The notes: generated from the sequence alone by a model not told the origin. Shown: positions 1-10,081, counted from the stretch's first letter. The stretch is 64,000 nucleotides of DNA from Candidatus Latescibacterota bacterium (GCA_965203805.1 OZ241917.1:1184001-1248000); one strand, 5' to 3'. A program made the numbers and translations.

Positions 1-544
1 ACGTGGTCATATCCACGAGGATCGGATCCGCGTCCCGGCGCGGGGCCGCAAACGCGATCGGGTTCGTACTCAACCGGCCGTCAATGCCGCCAAACGGCGC
101 GATCTGATAGCCCAGCCGCCCGGCGTTCACGAAAATCTGCCCGATCATCCCCTCGCTCGCGACCATCAGCGGATACGCGCCCACCCGCCCGATATGGCTG
201 GTATTTCGCAGTACGACGGTCGCAACACCGCTCCGGCGGGCCTTCTCCATCGCCATCCGGGTCGCGAACGTCGCGCCGACCTGACCCATGGCGCCGCCGC
301 CGTCCACAACGGCCGTACATGCGCGCTCGGAGATCACCTCGGGAGACGCATCCGGGCTGAAACGGCCGTCCTGTATCGCTTTCGCGTACTCGTAGAAGCG
401 GATCGCGCCGTGAGAGTCGTGCCCGAACAGGTTGGAGTCCACCAGGTGGTCCACCACCGTCCGCGCGTCCTCGTCGCGGCACCCCGCCGCGCGAAACAAC
501 CGATACCCCACACCGCGCAACACGTCGGGCTCGAATCTGGGCAC
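1..544 (-). CDS. Ldh_2-family (malate/L-lactate/sulfolactate dehydrogenase-like) oxidoreductase, 3' end outside window
   Basis: Not in the ORF track. Manual translation from GTG at 544 (AAGGAG RBS) gives MPRFEPDVLRGVG...DSNLFGHDSHG...NTSHIGRVGAY...APFGGIDGRLSTNPIAFAAP...LVDMTT. GHDSHG, SHIG and TNP are Ldh_2 hallmarks. Confidence 0.9.
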   Translation of the reverse strand, partial: MPRFEPDVLRGVGYRLFRAAGCRDEDARTVVDHLVDSNLFGHDSHGAIRFYEYAKAIQDGRFSPDASPEVISERACTAVVDGGGAMGQVGATFATRMAMEKARRSGVATVVLRNTSHIGRVGAYPLMVASEGMIGQIFVNAGRLGYQIAPFGGIDGRLSTNPIAFAAPRRDADPILVDMTT

Positions 545-757
545 ATCAACTCCTTCCGTCAATGTCGTTTACGATGAACACATACTCCTTGCCCCGTTAC
601 GCACTTCACGAACTCCCCAGTTGTTTTTTTGAGGGATGCAATGGGAAAATCTCGCCATTTCAACATCGTGCCCAATTACAAACTGATCGCAGGGAGGAAC
701 AACCATGCGCCGTCGTCTTATCACAGGATCTTGAACGTTCACCGGGGCACGAACTCT

Positions 758-931
758 CTACCCCCGATGTTCGGCACTGACGTCTTTAAATATTTCGGCG
801 TATCGGCAACTTGACCTGGCGATTTCCTTGATTTGTTCATCGCTGGTGGCGCCGGTATCTAACTTGCCTATCAGCTCGACGAAAATTCGTTCACGCAGGG
901 TCGCCCCTGCTCGCGCGTAATCTAAAGGCAT
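758..931 (-). CDS. Small hypothetical protein (57 aa)
   Basis: Below the ORF-track cutoff. Perfect AGGAGG RBS 6 nt before the ATG. MPLDYARAGATLRERIFVELIGKLDTGATSDEQIKEIARSSCRYAEIFKDVSAEHRG, helical and protein-like. Confidence 0.65.
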   Translation of the reverse strand: MPLDYARAGATLRERIFVELIGKLDTGATSDEQIKEIARSSCRYAEIFKDVSAEHRG

Positions 932-1247
932 TTTACGCCTCCTGGTAAGTATGGGTTTAGCCTTAAATCGACAAAAGCCGCAACGCGGCGGCGCGACAAC
1001 ACCTTCCGATTCGGGCCGAAGTGGTCGAACGGAAGAATATTTATTCCGTTCACGTCCAGTGACCTGAAGGATCCTGGAAGTCCGACGTCAAATCGCCTTT
1101 GTCCATTGGCAGATACCGGAATTGACGTCCCCGAAAAACCACGAATCAAGAGTAACTGTGACCACGCCAATTTTACCCTGTAGGCGCAATGGAAAAAGAG
1201 GGAATTCGACGAGTGGCTGGAAAGGCGGCAGGGGGAAAGGCGGGAAT

Positions 1248-1517
1248 CTATTCAGAGGCGTCTAATCTGGCTTCGTTCTTGGCGATACGCTCGCCAAAGG
1301 AGTCCAGGCGCTTCTCGACTCTCTCGAAGCGGTTGTTCATTGTGTCTTCAAGCCTGTCTATGCGTTGGGTAAGTCTGTTTTCAAGGTTGTTTATCCGATG
1401 AGTGAGTCTGTTTTCGAGGCTGGAGGTAAGTGTCCACATCGCGCCTATTAAAACGAACAGGAAGGTAACCATTCGTAAGTTTTCAGCGTTGAAAAAAGAT
1501 TTCGCGTTCATAGCCAT
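1248..1517 (-). CDS. Small membrane-anchored coiled-coil protein with 11-residue repeats
   Basis: GGAGAGG RBS; hydrophobic segment VTFLFVLIGAMWTL, then LENRLTHRINN/LENRLTQRIDR/LEDTMNNRFER repeats. Confidence 0.8.
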   Translation of the reverse strand: MAMNAKSFFNAENLRMVTFLFVLIGAMWTLTSSLENRLTHRINNLENRLTQRIDRLEDTMNNRFERVEKRLDSFGERIAKNEARLDASE

Positions 1518-1543
1518 ACCTCTCCAGTGCAGGTATTTCCGGA

Positions 1544-1572
1544 AAAGTACGTGGATATGCCTGACCTGTCAA
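1544..1572 (-). promoter_or_regulatory. sigma70-type promoter for the 89-aa coiled-coil gene
   Basis: TTGACA-N17-TACTTT on the minus strand. Confidence 0.6.
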
Positions 1573-1632
1573 GCACAAAGTACGGCAAGGCCGGCACGCG
1601 AATTCCGGGCTCGATTCGGTCGCAGGTAGGCA

Positions 1633-2670
1633 TCAACCTCCTGACGCCGCCTGATATGCCTGCACCTGCGCATCGCTCGCCTGTTTTCTGTATTGCGCGG
1701 CCGTCATTCCGTGTTCGGACATGCGGAGTTGGAAATACTGGCGACCGATGCCGCTGTTTCTGGCTGCCCGCGATACGTTTCCGTCGGCTCGAAGAAGCGC
1801 CCGGTGCAGATACTCCTCTGTGAAACGCTCCATGCACACCCTGCGCGCGTCCTTGTACGGCAGGCTGTAGATGCCGCGGTCCGGTCTTATCTCAGCGTCC
1901 TGGACTTCGTACGGCAGGTCGTCCGGCGTGATCACGTCTCCGTCGGTCAGCGCCAACGCGCCCGCGATGGTGTGCGCGAGTTCCCGGATATTCCCGGGCC
2001 AGTCATAGCCTTCCAGCAGGGCACGGGTTTCGGAGTTGATCCGGCATGCGGCTCTTCCGGCGCCGCCGTATCGATCCAGAAAATGTGCGGCCAGAATGGG
2101 AATGTCGCTTCGACGTTCGCGCAGCGCCGGCAGATGGAGATGAATCACCCGAAGGCGGTAATACAGGTCGTTTCGAAAACGTCCCGCCTCAACCCCCTGC
2201 TTCAGGTCCCGGTTCGTCGCCGCGACCACGCGGATCCGCGCCCGTTTCCATCGGTGGTCCCCGACCGTCCTGTATTCACCTTCCTGGATCAGGCGAAGCA
2301 GTTGCCGCTGCAGGGGCTCATCGAGTTCCCCCACTTCATCGAAAAAAAGCGTCCCGCCGCGTGCGACGCCCACCAGCCCAGGTCGGGACTCCGTGGCGCC
2401 GGTGAACGCCCCCCTGACATGCCCGAACAGTTCGCTCCGCCCCATTTCCTTCGCCAGAATGCCGCAGTCCACAACCACGAACGGCGCGCCGGCGCGGGGA
2501 CTGCGATCGTGCACTTCGCGGGCGATGAGTTCCTTCCCGGTCCCGGACTCGCCGGTGACCAGCACGGGAAGTTCGCTCTCTCCCGCCCGGCGCGCAAGTC
2601 TTCGCACCGCGCCGAATGCGGGATGAGCGCCCACCATGGAGTCGTGCCTGCAACGGGAACTCTCAAACAT
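1633..2670 (-). CDS. sigma54-dependent activator (AAA+ and Fis-type HTH) lacking an N-terminal sensory domain
   Basis: GESGTGKE Walker A, ELFGHVRGAFTGA, LFFDEVGE, WPGNIREL, C-terminal GNVSRAAR HTH; AAA domain begins ~10 aa after the start. Confidence 0.92.
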   Translation of the reverse strand: MFESSRCRHDSMVGAHPAFGAVRRLARRAGESELPVLVTGESGTGKELIAREVHDRSPRAGAPFVVVDCGILAKEMGRSELFGHVRGAFTGATESRPGLVGVARGGTLFFDEVGELDEPLQRQLLRLIQEGEYRTVGDHRWKRARIRVVAATNRDLKQGVEAGRFRNDLYYRLRVIHLHLPALRERRSDIPILAAHFLDRYGGAGRAACRINSETRALLEGYDWPGNIRELAHTIAGALALTDGDVITPDDLPYEVQDAEIRPDRGIYSLPYKDARRVCMERFTEEYLHRALLRADGNVSRAARNSGIGRQYFQLRMSEHGMTAAQYRKQASDAQVQAYQAASGG

Positions 2671-2771
2671 GCTTGGACACAGGGGCCGCCCGCCAGGTCG
2701 CAGGACGGCAAGCTGGATTCAAATTGCGGTATGCCGGAGATACGCGGATCTGCGGTACAAGCGTTTCATCT

Positions 2772-2787
2772 TGCAAACATCGTACCC
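2772..2787 (-). promoter_or_regulatory. sigma54 (-24/-12) promoter upstream of the sensor-less activator
   Basis: Minus strand GGGTACGATGTTTGCA = GG-N10-GC, close to consensus TGGCACG-N4-TTGCW. Confidence 0.7.
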
Positions 2788-2887
2788 AAAAAAAGGAAAA
2801 GCGTCCCGATTCATCGCAGGCGCTTTCAATACAACGGTTTAGGTTTGCAATCGCCAGACGAATCCGATCTCCAGTCATCCCTCCGGG

Positions 2888-2993
2888 TGCCAACACACGT
2901 AGACGCCGATTTTGCCAAACAAAACGACATCTGCGCGAACACGCGTAACCTGTTGATACCAATAAGCATATCGACTGTCAACGTGAGTTGACG
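2888..2993. promoter_or_regulatory. Putative upstream activator sequences and IHF site
   Basis: TGCC-N10-GACG (2888-2905), TGCC-N9-GACA (2913-2929), TGTCAAC-GTGA-GTTGACG (2976-2993). TATCAACAGGTTA on the minus strand (2946-2958) is an exact IHF consensus WATCAANNNNTTR. Confidence 0.5.
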
Positions 2994-3027
2994 AAAAGTT
3001 CCGGTCGTGCCCGCCCGTCAACAGTTG

Positions 3028-5745
3028 TTACCGCGCGCCCCTGAGGCCGTGCCGATCCAGCTTTTTGTACAACCCGGAACGCGTCAGCCCCAACTCCAGA
3101 GCCGTTCGGGAGATGTTCCCTTTGTTCTTTTCGATCACCTCGGATAGAAAGCGCTTTTCAACCGACTGAATAAAGGCTTTCAATGTACCTGCCGGTCCCT
3201 GTCCGCTACCCGTTTCTTGACGTATGCGTTCAGAAAGCAATTCAACGTCGATAACCCCGCCATTTTCCAACAGGGCCACCGCTCGGCGTATCTCGTTATC
3301 CAACTGGCGCACGTTACCGGGCCAGTCGAATCTCAATAGGACCTTCACCGCCCCCTCCGTGAAACCTGTCACGGTTTTCCCGGCGTCGCGGGCGGCGATT
3401 CGCAGCAAGTGTCCGGCCAAGAGCGGGATGTCGTCTTTCCTGTCCTTAAGTGGCGGCATCTCGACTGTCAACACCTGAAGTCGGTAGAACAGGTCTTTGC
3501 GAAACGCCCCGGCGGTTACCGCCGCTTCCAGATCCGCGTTCGTCGCCGCGATGACGCGGACACTGACCCGCCGCGGAGCGTTCTCACCCACCCGCCGGAC
3601 CTCTCCGTCCTGCAGAACCCGGAGCAGGCTGGCCTGGACTTCGGGCGCGGCGTCCGCAATCTCGTCGAGAAAGACCGTGCCGCCTTGCGCGGACTCAAAC
3701 AGCCCGGCACGGTCCGACGTGGCGCCCGTAAACGATCCCTTCCTGTGACCGAATAACTCGCTATGGAGCAACCCACCGGACAGCGCCGCGCAATTCTGCG
3801 ATAGAAACACACGGTCACTGACGGCGCTGTTGTCGTGAATCGCGCGGGCCGCGAGTTCCTTGCCTGTACCCGTCTCTCCCTGTATAAGCACCGTCACGTC
3901 CGTGCGGGCCGCGCGGTCGATCAGCCGATAGACCGTCTGCATCGCGCGACTGGCGCCAACCATACCGCCCAATCCCTGCCTTCCGGCCGGGTCGCGCTCC
4001 CGATACAACGTCCCCTCCTCCAATCTGCTTCGCATCCGGGCCTGAACCATGCCCGCGGACAGAAGGCCGACCAGTGCGATCAGAAACCTGCGGTCCGCTT
4101 CGGAAACGCCGGCACGGGTACCGCGAAGATCCAGATACAATGCCCCTGGAGAACCTGACTCCGTCTGGGTCAGCGGTATACATGCCACCGGGCGTTGGTC
4201 GAAGTCAAATACGCGCTGCCGTTTCCGGAACCGCATATCCGTCTCGGCTTTTGCGCCAAAAACCGGTTTTTTGTTCTCGATCACCCGTCGCGCCACGTCC
4301 CGGACAACGTCCGTCGGCGCGGGCTTTTTGCCATCGCGAGACCGCACCGCTTCGATACCCAACGCTCCCGACGCGGCATCTTTCACCACAACGGCGGCCG
4401 TGTCCGCCCCCAAGGCCTCCAGACATACGTCCAGTGTCCTGTTCATCAGTGAAGCCAAATCGAGGCCCCGACCCAGATCCGCAGCAAGGTTGGAGACCGC
4501 CACAATCCTGTCGAGGGCCGGTCGACGCGCCGGTGAAACCCCGGTTTCAGATCGATCTCTCAGCCTGGCCAACCTGGCAAGGAGATTCGACGCCTGACGA
4601 ACATAGTGGGGTGTCTGCAGGTCCGCTGCCTTGCGCGCTGCCGACTCGAGCCGCATCCGCGCCATATCCGAATTGCCGTGGTCAAGATAGTACCGGCCGG
4701 CCGCCAGCAGCGAGCGGCACCATTCAAATCGCTGGCTTGAGCAGTCGCCCGCGACGGACCGCTCGAACGCCTCTTCGGCCTCACCATGGCGATTCGCGGC
4801 CGCCATCGCGACCCCGATCCCGCGCCAGGTCACCGTAGGAGTTTCGCCGGCCATCCGGGTGCCGGCGCGGGCGCTGTCCGCCCATCTCACCGCCTCGTCG
4901 GGGCTCCCCAGTGCCGAGCATGCCTCCGCCATCAGGCCGAACGCCCAGTAGAGCTGATGCGCGTCCTTAACATGCGACAAAATCTCAACGGCCTTTCTTC
5001 CATATACCAAAGCGGCCTTCGCGTCGTTCTTCTCCAGTGAGATCGAACCGAGGTAAAACTGGCTCACGCCCTCTGTCACGGTTCGTCTCCAGTCACCGTC
5101 GGACGCCAGCTGTGCGCGGAAGAATTCTTCAGCACGTTTGAAATCTCCGGTTTGAAATGCGGTCGTGCCGGTCAGATGCAAATCGCCGATCGGGCCGACC
5201 CGGCTAACTGCTTCTTCCGACCGAACCAGAGCGGATTGGAACCCCGTATGAGCATCTCCAAGACGATCGTCCAAATGGGCAATACAAGCCGTGAAATAGC
5301 TGGCTTTCGACCTGCTCGCTGCGTCATCGGCTCTCTCGAAATGTTCGGATATGCGGCCCAGTTCCATCCTGGCTTTCTCCCGCCGTTCCATTCGCACATA
5401 AAGATCGGCCAGCCACCCCCTCGCATCCATTTCTTTCTGTGGAAGCCCGAGCCTTCGGTAGATTGCAATCGCATCCAGAAACGCCCGTTCGGCGGCGGCG
5501 TACAACCGGGAACGGGCGTTGAGAATACCGAACTGGCACAGAACCATCGCCTTCTCGTCGGGGGCGTCGTCTGTAATCAGCGACCACGCATCCTGGGCTT
5601 TCTCCCTGGCCTCCTCGACATAGCCCTTTGAGGACAGCGCGTTGGAATAATCGCACAGGAACCTTATCGCGGATCTGACGCTATCGGCAGGCACAGCATC
5701 CGCATCATCAATCCTGAAACACGGCTTCGATACGCCCTCAAACAT
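3028..5745 (-). CDS. TPR-repeat + GAF + sigma54 AAA+ + HTH transcriptional activator
   Basis: N-terminal ~390 aa of TPR-like helices, GAF-like ACIPL...[56 protein letters not shown]. Confidence 0.92.
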   Translation of the reverse strand: MFEGVSKPCFRIDDADAVPADSVRSAIRFLCDYSNALSSKGYVEEAREKAQDAWSLITDDAPDEKAMVLCQFGILNARSRLYAAAERAFLDAIAIYRRLGLPQKEMDARGWLADLYVRMERREKARMELGRISEHFERADDAASRSKASYFTACIAHLDDRLGDAHTGFQSALVRSEEAVSRVGPIGDLHLTGTTAFQTGDFKRAEEFFRAQLASDGDWRRTVTEGVSQFYLGSISLEKNDAKAALVYGRKAVEILSHVKDAHQLYWAFGLMAEACSALGSPDEAVRWADSARAGTRMAGETPTVTWRGIGVAMAAANRHGEAEEAFERSVAGDCSSQRFEWCRSLLAAGRYYLDHGNSDMARMRLESAARKAADLQTPHYVRQASNLLARLARLRDRSETGVSPARRPALDRIVAVSNLAADLGRGLDLASLMNRTLDVCLEALGADTAAVVVKDAASGALGIEAVRSRDGKKPAPTDVVRDVARRVIENKKPVFGAKAETDMRFRKRQRVFDFDQRPVACIPLTQTESGSPGALYLDLRGTRAGVSEADRRFLIALVGLLSAGMVQARMRSRLEEGTLYRERDPAGRQGLGGMVGASRAMQTVYRLIDRAARTDVTVLIQGETGTGKELAARAIHDNSAVSDRVFLSQNCAALSGGLLHSELFGHRKGSFTGATSDRAGLFESAQGGTVFLDEIADAAPEVQASLLRVLQDGEVRRVGENAPRRVSVRVIAATNADLEAAVTAGAFRKDLFYRLQVLTVEMPPLKDRKDDIPLLAGHLLRIAARDAGKTVTGFTEGAVKVLLRFDWPGNVRQLDNEIRRAVALLENGGVIDVELLSERIRQETGSGQGPAGTLKAFIQSVEKRFLSEVIEKNKGNISRTALELGLTRSGLYKKLDRHGLRGAR

Positions 5746-5902
5746 AATTTATGCGCGGTCTACGGATGAGTTAGCCACCCGGCTCAATTGCGTTTCACGC
5801 GAGAAGCCGGGACATTGTCTACAATCGAATGATTACAGCTCTACAAAAAACAGGCCGGATTGAACCGGTTACGTTCTTTCCTGCTATTGCAAACCGAGTG
5901 GT

Positions 5903-8044
5903 TCACCCGGAATCCTCTTGCCCCACCAACAACTCCAGCGGATGGATGACGTCGATGCCCGTGCCCTCGCGCAGGTGGATGGCGCACACGCTGCTTTCGG
6001 TGACGATGGTATCCACCTTCGCTTCCTGGAACGCCTGAAACAGCGGTTCTCCCACGGCCTGCGAGAGCTCGTATCCGAGCATTCCCTTTTTCATCCCGAA
6101 CGTTCCCGCCATGCCGCAGCAGGTGCCTGTCTCAACCAGCTCGACCTCGGCGCCGCGCCGCCTCAGATAGTCCATCGCCTGGCGGCCCCCATCGAGCGGC
6201 CGCTGGTGGCACGAGACGTGGAATCCGAACCGCCGGCCCTCATATTCAGCCGAAGGGGGCCCGCCTCCGGCGCGCGACTCGAGCATTTCGAGATACGCGA
6301 ACAGCTCGTGCGTGCGTTCCGATACGGCTTTCGCATCCGCAAGACCGTATAGCAGCTTGGGATAGGATATTTTCAGACAGTACGCGGCCGTTGGCTCCGT
6401 GGCGACGATATCGTAGCCCGACTCGACGTAGGGCGCCATGAGGCGCACGTTCTCCTCGGCCAGCTTCTTCGCCCGCTTGAGGTCTCCGTAGCCGATGTAC
6501 GGGTATCCGCTGCCGCGCTGCCTGGGCAGAACGACCTCGCATCCCAGCGCTTCCAGCGCTTCTACGGCCGCCCGGCCCAGTTCCGGCGCATTGTAATTCG
6601 CGAAAAGGTCGGCAAAGAATACCACCCGGCCCGCCGGTTCCGCCATCCGAGGCGCTGCGCCCCTCCTCCTGAACCATTTCGCCAGCGTCTGTCGCCTGAA
6701 CGGGGGCAACGCCCGTCGCCGGTCGATGCCCGTAAACGCCTCCATCGCCCACCGGAACGCGCGGTTCCTCATCATCCAGTTGGAGACGGGCGCCGTGGCG
6801 CAACCGAACTTCGCCATCCCCTCCGCGGCCATGAGAACCCGGTTGACCCGGGGGTGTCCGTTTTCCTCGCCGTCGCGGTCCTTCACGCCGGCAATCATCA
6901 TGGGAATATCGATTCCGGCGGGACAGATCTCCTTGCAGAGCCCGCATGAGACACAAAGCGGCGCGAATTCGGCGGCCTTGTCCAGTCCGTGGACCTCCGA
7001 CGTCCAGGGGATCCCGATCGGTCCCGGATAGATATAGCCAAATGTGTGCCCGCCGACCACTCCGTAGGTCGGACAGATATTCATGCAGGCGCCGCAGCGG
7101 ATACAATTCAGCGCGTCCTTGAACAGGGGATCCTCACGCATCCGGCTGCGTCCGTTGTCCAGGATGATGATATGCGATTCCCGCGGTCCACGTCCGTTCC
7201 CCGTTCCCAGAGGAGACCGCCCCCCCATCATCGTCACGTACGTCGTCAGATGCTGCCCCACGGCGCTGATGGGATGCGCAAGCATCATCTGCAGTGCATC
7301 CTCAACCGTATCCACGATCTTTTCACACCCCATGATGCAGATATGGACGTCGGGTATGCTCGAAACCAGGCGCGCGTTGCCTTCATTCGTCTCGATTACG
7401 ATCGCACCGGTCTCCGCGACCCCCACATTGGCCCCCGTCATCCCGATATCCGCGTTCAGAAAAATCGGCCGCAGGTACTTGCGCACGATTCGCATGATGG
7501 CGTCCACGTCATTCGGCACGTCCTCCTGCGTCACCTCCCGGAATATTTCCGCGACTTCCACCGCCGTTTTATGCACCGCGGGGAAGACCAGGTGAAAGGG
7601 TTTTTCCTTCACTTTCTGGATGATCAGTTCACCCAGGTCCGTCTCGATCACGTCCACCCCCGCCGCTTCCAGAGGATGGTTCACCTCGATTTCCTCGCTT
7701 GTGAGAGACTTGGACTTGGCCACGGTCCTGGCCCCGCGCTTATTCACGATGTCCAGAATGTATGCAATCGCGGCGGGGCCGTCGTTCGCCCTGAAAACCT
7801 CCGCGCCGCGCTGCCGCACCTTTCGCGCAAACCTGTCCACAAGTTCGTCCTGCTGGTCCAGACACCGGACCTTGACGGAACGAACCGCGTTCCGGAACCC
7901 CTCGCCTCCCGGCAGCGCGCCGACGGCTTTATGCCGGCTGTCGCGGCCGCGTTTCATGGCGCGGTAAAGCGCCGTCCGGCTGGACCGCGCTTCCAGCGCA
8001 CGATCGATTTTCTCTTCCAGTTGCTGGCACCGACCCTTCAGCAT
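5903..8044 (-). CDS. LutB/LldF-like LUD + 4Fe-4S protein fused to CCG (GlpC/LutA-like) domains
   Basis: KSKSLTSEEI, ETDLGE, TNEGN, CIRCGACMNICP, CVSCGLCKEICP, C-terminal HVSCHQR/TCCGMAGTFG. ATG 8044 preferred (AAGGAAG RBS). Confidence 0.88.
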   Translation of the reverse strand: MLKGRCQQLEEKIDRALEARSSRTALYRAMKRGRDSRHKAVGALPGGEGFRNAVRSVKVRCLDQQDELVDRFARKVRQRGAEVFRANDGPAAIAYILDIVNKRGARTVAKSKSLTSEEIEVNHPLEAAGVDVIETDLGELIIQKVKEKPFHLVFPAVHKTAVEVAEIFREVTQEDVPNDVDAIMRIVRKYLRPIFLNADIGMTGANVGVAETGAIVIETNEGNARLVSSIPDVHICIMGCEKIVDTVEDALQMMLAHPISAVGQHLTTYVTMMGGRSPLGTGNGRGPRESHIIILDNGRSRMREDPLFKDALNCIRCGACMNICPTYGVVGGHTFGYIYPGPIGIPWTSEVHGLDKAAEFAPLCVSCGLCKEICPAGIDIPMMIAGVKDRDGEENGHPRVNRVLMAAEGMAKFGCATAPVSNWMMRNRAFRWAMEAFTGIDRRRALPPFRRQTLAKWFRRRGAAPRMAEPAGRVVFFADLFANYNAPELGRAAVEALEALGCEVVLPRQRGSGYPYIGYGDLKRAKKLAEENVRLMAPYVESGYDIVATEPTAAYCLKISYPKLLYGLADAKAVSERTHELFAYLEMLESRAGGGPPSAEYEGRRFGFHVSCHQRPLDGGRQAMDYLRRRGAEVELVETGTCCGMAGTFGMKKGMLGYELSQAVGEPLFQAFQEAKVDTIVTESSVCAIHLREGTGIDVIHPLELLVGQEDSG

Positions 8045-8101
8045 CGTCCGCTTCCTTTGCACTAAGACCGTCTGTATCGAATTAGAACCACAGACAGTAT
8101 C

Positions 8102-8671
8102 CTATACGTCCAGAATCACCGCGTGAGCCATCTCCGGGCCATGGACACCCAGCGTGAGCCGCATCTCGATATCGGCCGTCCGGCTCGGGCCCGATATAAA
8201 CGTCACGGTGGCATTCTCCGGCTGATCTGTCATAAACTCCCGGATCCGGGGTCCGGCGTCCATCAACGTCTCCTTAATCTCCTCGGCCCGAACGACGCCC
8301 AGATGCGCCCTTGGCAGCGTGGAAACGAGTCGGGTCGCGTCGTTTGTCGCGAATTCGACGAGCGCGCCCGCGTCGGCCACGGCAAACTCCGCCCAGGACA
8401 CCCCGACATCCGCGGCGTCGATGGCGCCCGGCAGCGTTGAACCGTCGTAGGGCGGCCTCAACAGCTCGACCCCCGCATCGGCGCACCGCGACGCCAGTTC
8501 CCGCATCAGCGCGTCCGGAAGCTCCGCCGCGGCCAGCCGGGTTCCCCCGGACTCGCGAACGACCGAGAGCACCGCCGCCGCCGCCGCCGCCATGCTGTCG
8601 GCTATGTGTACGCGTCCGGAGAGCGTTTCGTACTTTGATACAAACCTCTCGATGACATCGGCCGACATCAT
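8102..8671 (-). CDS. LutC/YkgG-like LUD-domain protein
   Basis: FISGPSRTADIEMRLTLGVHGP signature. Confidence 0.92.
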   Translation of the reverse strand: MMSADVIERFVSKYETLSGRVHIADSMAAAAAAVLSVVRESGGTRLAAAELPDALMRELASRCADAGVELLRPPYDGSTLPGAIDAADVGVSWAEFAVADAGALVEFATNDATRLVSTLPRAHLGVVRAEEIKETLMDAGPRIREFMTDQPENATVTFISGPSRTADIEMRLTLGVHGPEMAHAVILDV

Positions 8672-8971
8672 CCTCCCCTTTCAATGATAACCCGACACCA
8701 TCCGTTTCGGGCGCCAACAAGGTAAGCGCAAAACGGTCCCGGGTCAACCGTCACCCGGACGGACTGTGCTTCCGAACCGGTCCGTTTTCGTTTGTCGCCG
8801 TTGCACGGGAATCGTATATTCGTCGGCCCCGGATCGAGGCCGATTCAGCGTCTCGTCAGACCGGGTTCTTTCCGATCTTTTCCCGGCGATGCTGTCGCGC
8901 GTTCCCGTCGATTTCCCGGGGCTCCCCGCTGCTGCTTTTTTGACGTACGCGTCAACCCACGGAGCATTTCA

Positions 8972-10081
8972 ATGGTGAAGCCCATTCGCATTCTGCACAT
9001 CGGCCTGGGGCCGCTCGGACAGATGCTGGGACCGTACCTGGCGGAGAAGGATCACCTGAAACTGGTCGGCGCCATCGACATCGATCCGGAAAAGGCCGGC
9101 CGCGACCTGGGAACCCTGTATGGCCTCGAGCGGCCGCTGGACGTCGCTGTGGCGTCAGAACCGGACGCACGGACGATGAACGGTCCGGACGTCGCCGTCG
9201 TCACGACGGTGTCCGAACTTCGCTCGCTGTTCCCCACGCTTGAACGGATGATTTACGCTGGCCTGAACGTCGTCTCCACATGCGAGGAACTGGCGTATCC
9301 CTGGATTGCGGAACCGGAACTCGCACGTCGTATCGACGATATTGCGAAGGCCAACCGTGTATCCGTACTGGGCACCGGTGTGAACCCGGGGTTCCTGATG
9401 GACTTTCTGCCGACCGCGGCCACAGCCGTCTGCCGGAACGTGAAATCCATCCGGATCGAACGCATCCAGGATGCCTCCCAACGGCGTCTGCCCTTCCGCC
9501 GGAAGATCGGCGCCGGACTCTCCGTACACGCGTTTGAGAAACGGGTCCACAAACGTCAGATCCGCCACGTGGGTCTGGCGCAATCCATGCATATGGTCGC
9601 ATCCGGACTCGGCTGGCGGCTGGACAGGACCGAGGATATCGTGGAACCGGTGATCGCGCGAACGGAGGTGCGCGGGAAGGACTGGTCCGTTCCGGCCGGA
9701 AGGGCCACGGGCGTCAACCAGACGGGCAGGGGATACGTGGACAACCGGGAGGTGCTCACGCTCGTTTTTCGCGCAGCCGTGGGCGAAACGCGCCCCAGAG
9801 ACCGCATCCGCGTCTTCGGTATTCCGGAAATCGATCTCACCGTCGCCGGCGGCATCAACGGAGACGTCGCCACCTGTTCCATCGTCGCCAATGCGATTCC
9901 GGCTGTCCACCGTGCGCCGCCCGGCCTGCGCACCATGGTCGACATCCCCCCCATATCGGCAGTCCAGCGTGGTGCCCCCACGGGAGGATTCCCGCATCCC
10001 GCACAGCCCGATACTCCGCCTGACTCCCACCTCGACGCCGCCCCGCACGCGCCCCCCGGGCGTACGCCGGAATCCACATAA
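8972..10081 (+). CDS. NAD(P)-dependent dehydrogenase, 2,4-diaminopentanoate dehydrogenase / DapB-like family
   Basis: IGLGPLG Rossmann motif, NVVSTCEELAYP, GTGVNPGF, GINGDVAT. ATG 8972 with GGAG RBS; Pro-rich C-terminal tail. Confidence 0.85.
   Translation: MVKPIRILHIGLGPLGQMLGPYLAEKDHLKLVGAIDIDPEKAGRDLGTLYGLERPLDVAVASEPDARTMNGPDVAVVTTVSELRSLFPTLERMIYAGLNVVSTCEELAYPWIAEPELARRIDDIAKANRVSVLGTGVNPGFLMDFLPTAATAVCRNVKSIRIERIQDASQRRLPFRRKIGAGLSVHAFEKRVHKRQIRHVGLAQSMHMVASGLGWRLDRTEDIVEPVIARTEVRGKDWSVPAGRATGVNQTGRGYVDNREVLTLVFRAAVGETRPRDRIRVFGIPEIDLTVAGGINGDVATCSIVANAIPAVHRAPPGLRTMVDIPPISAVQRGAPTGGFPHPAQPDTPPDSHLDAAPHAPPGRTPEST

Noticed and set aside
656-678. sigma54-like TGGGCACGATGTTGAAA upstream of the Ldh_2 gene
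   Set aside because: Lacks the GC at -12 with correct GG-N10-GC spacing.
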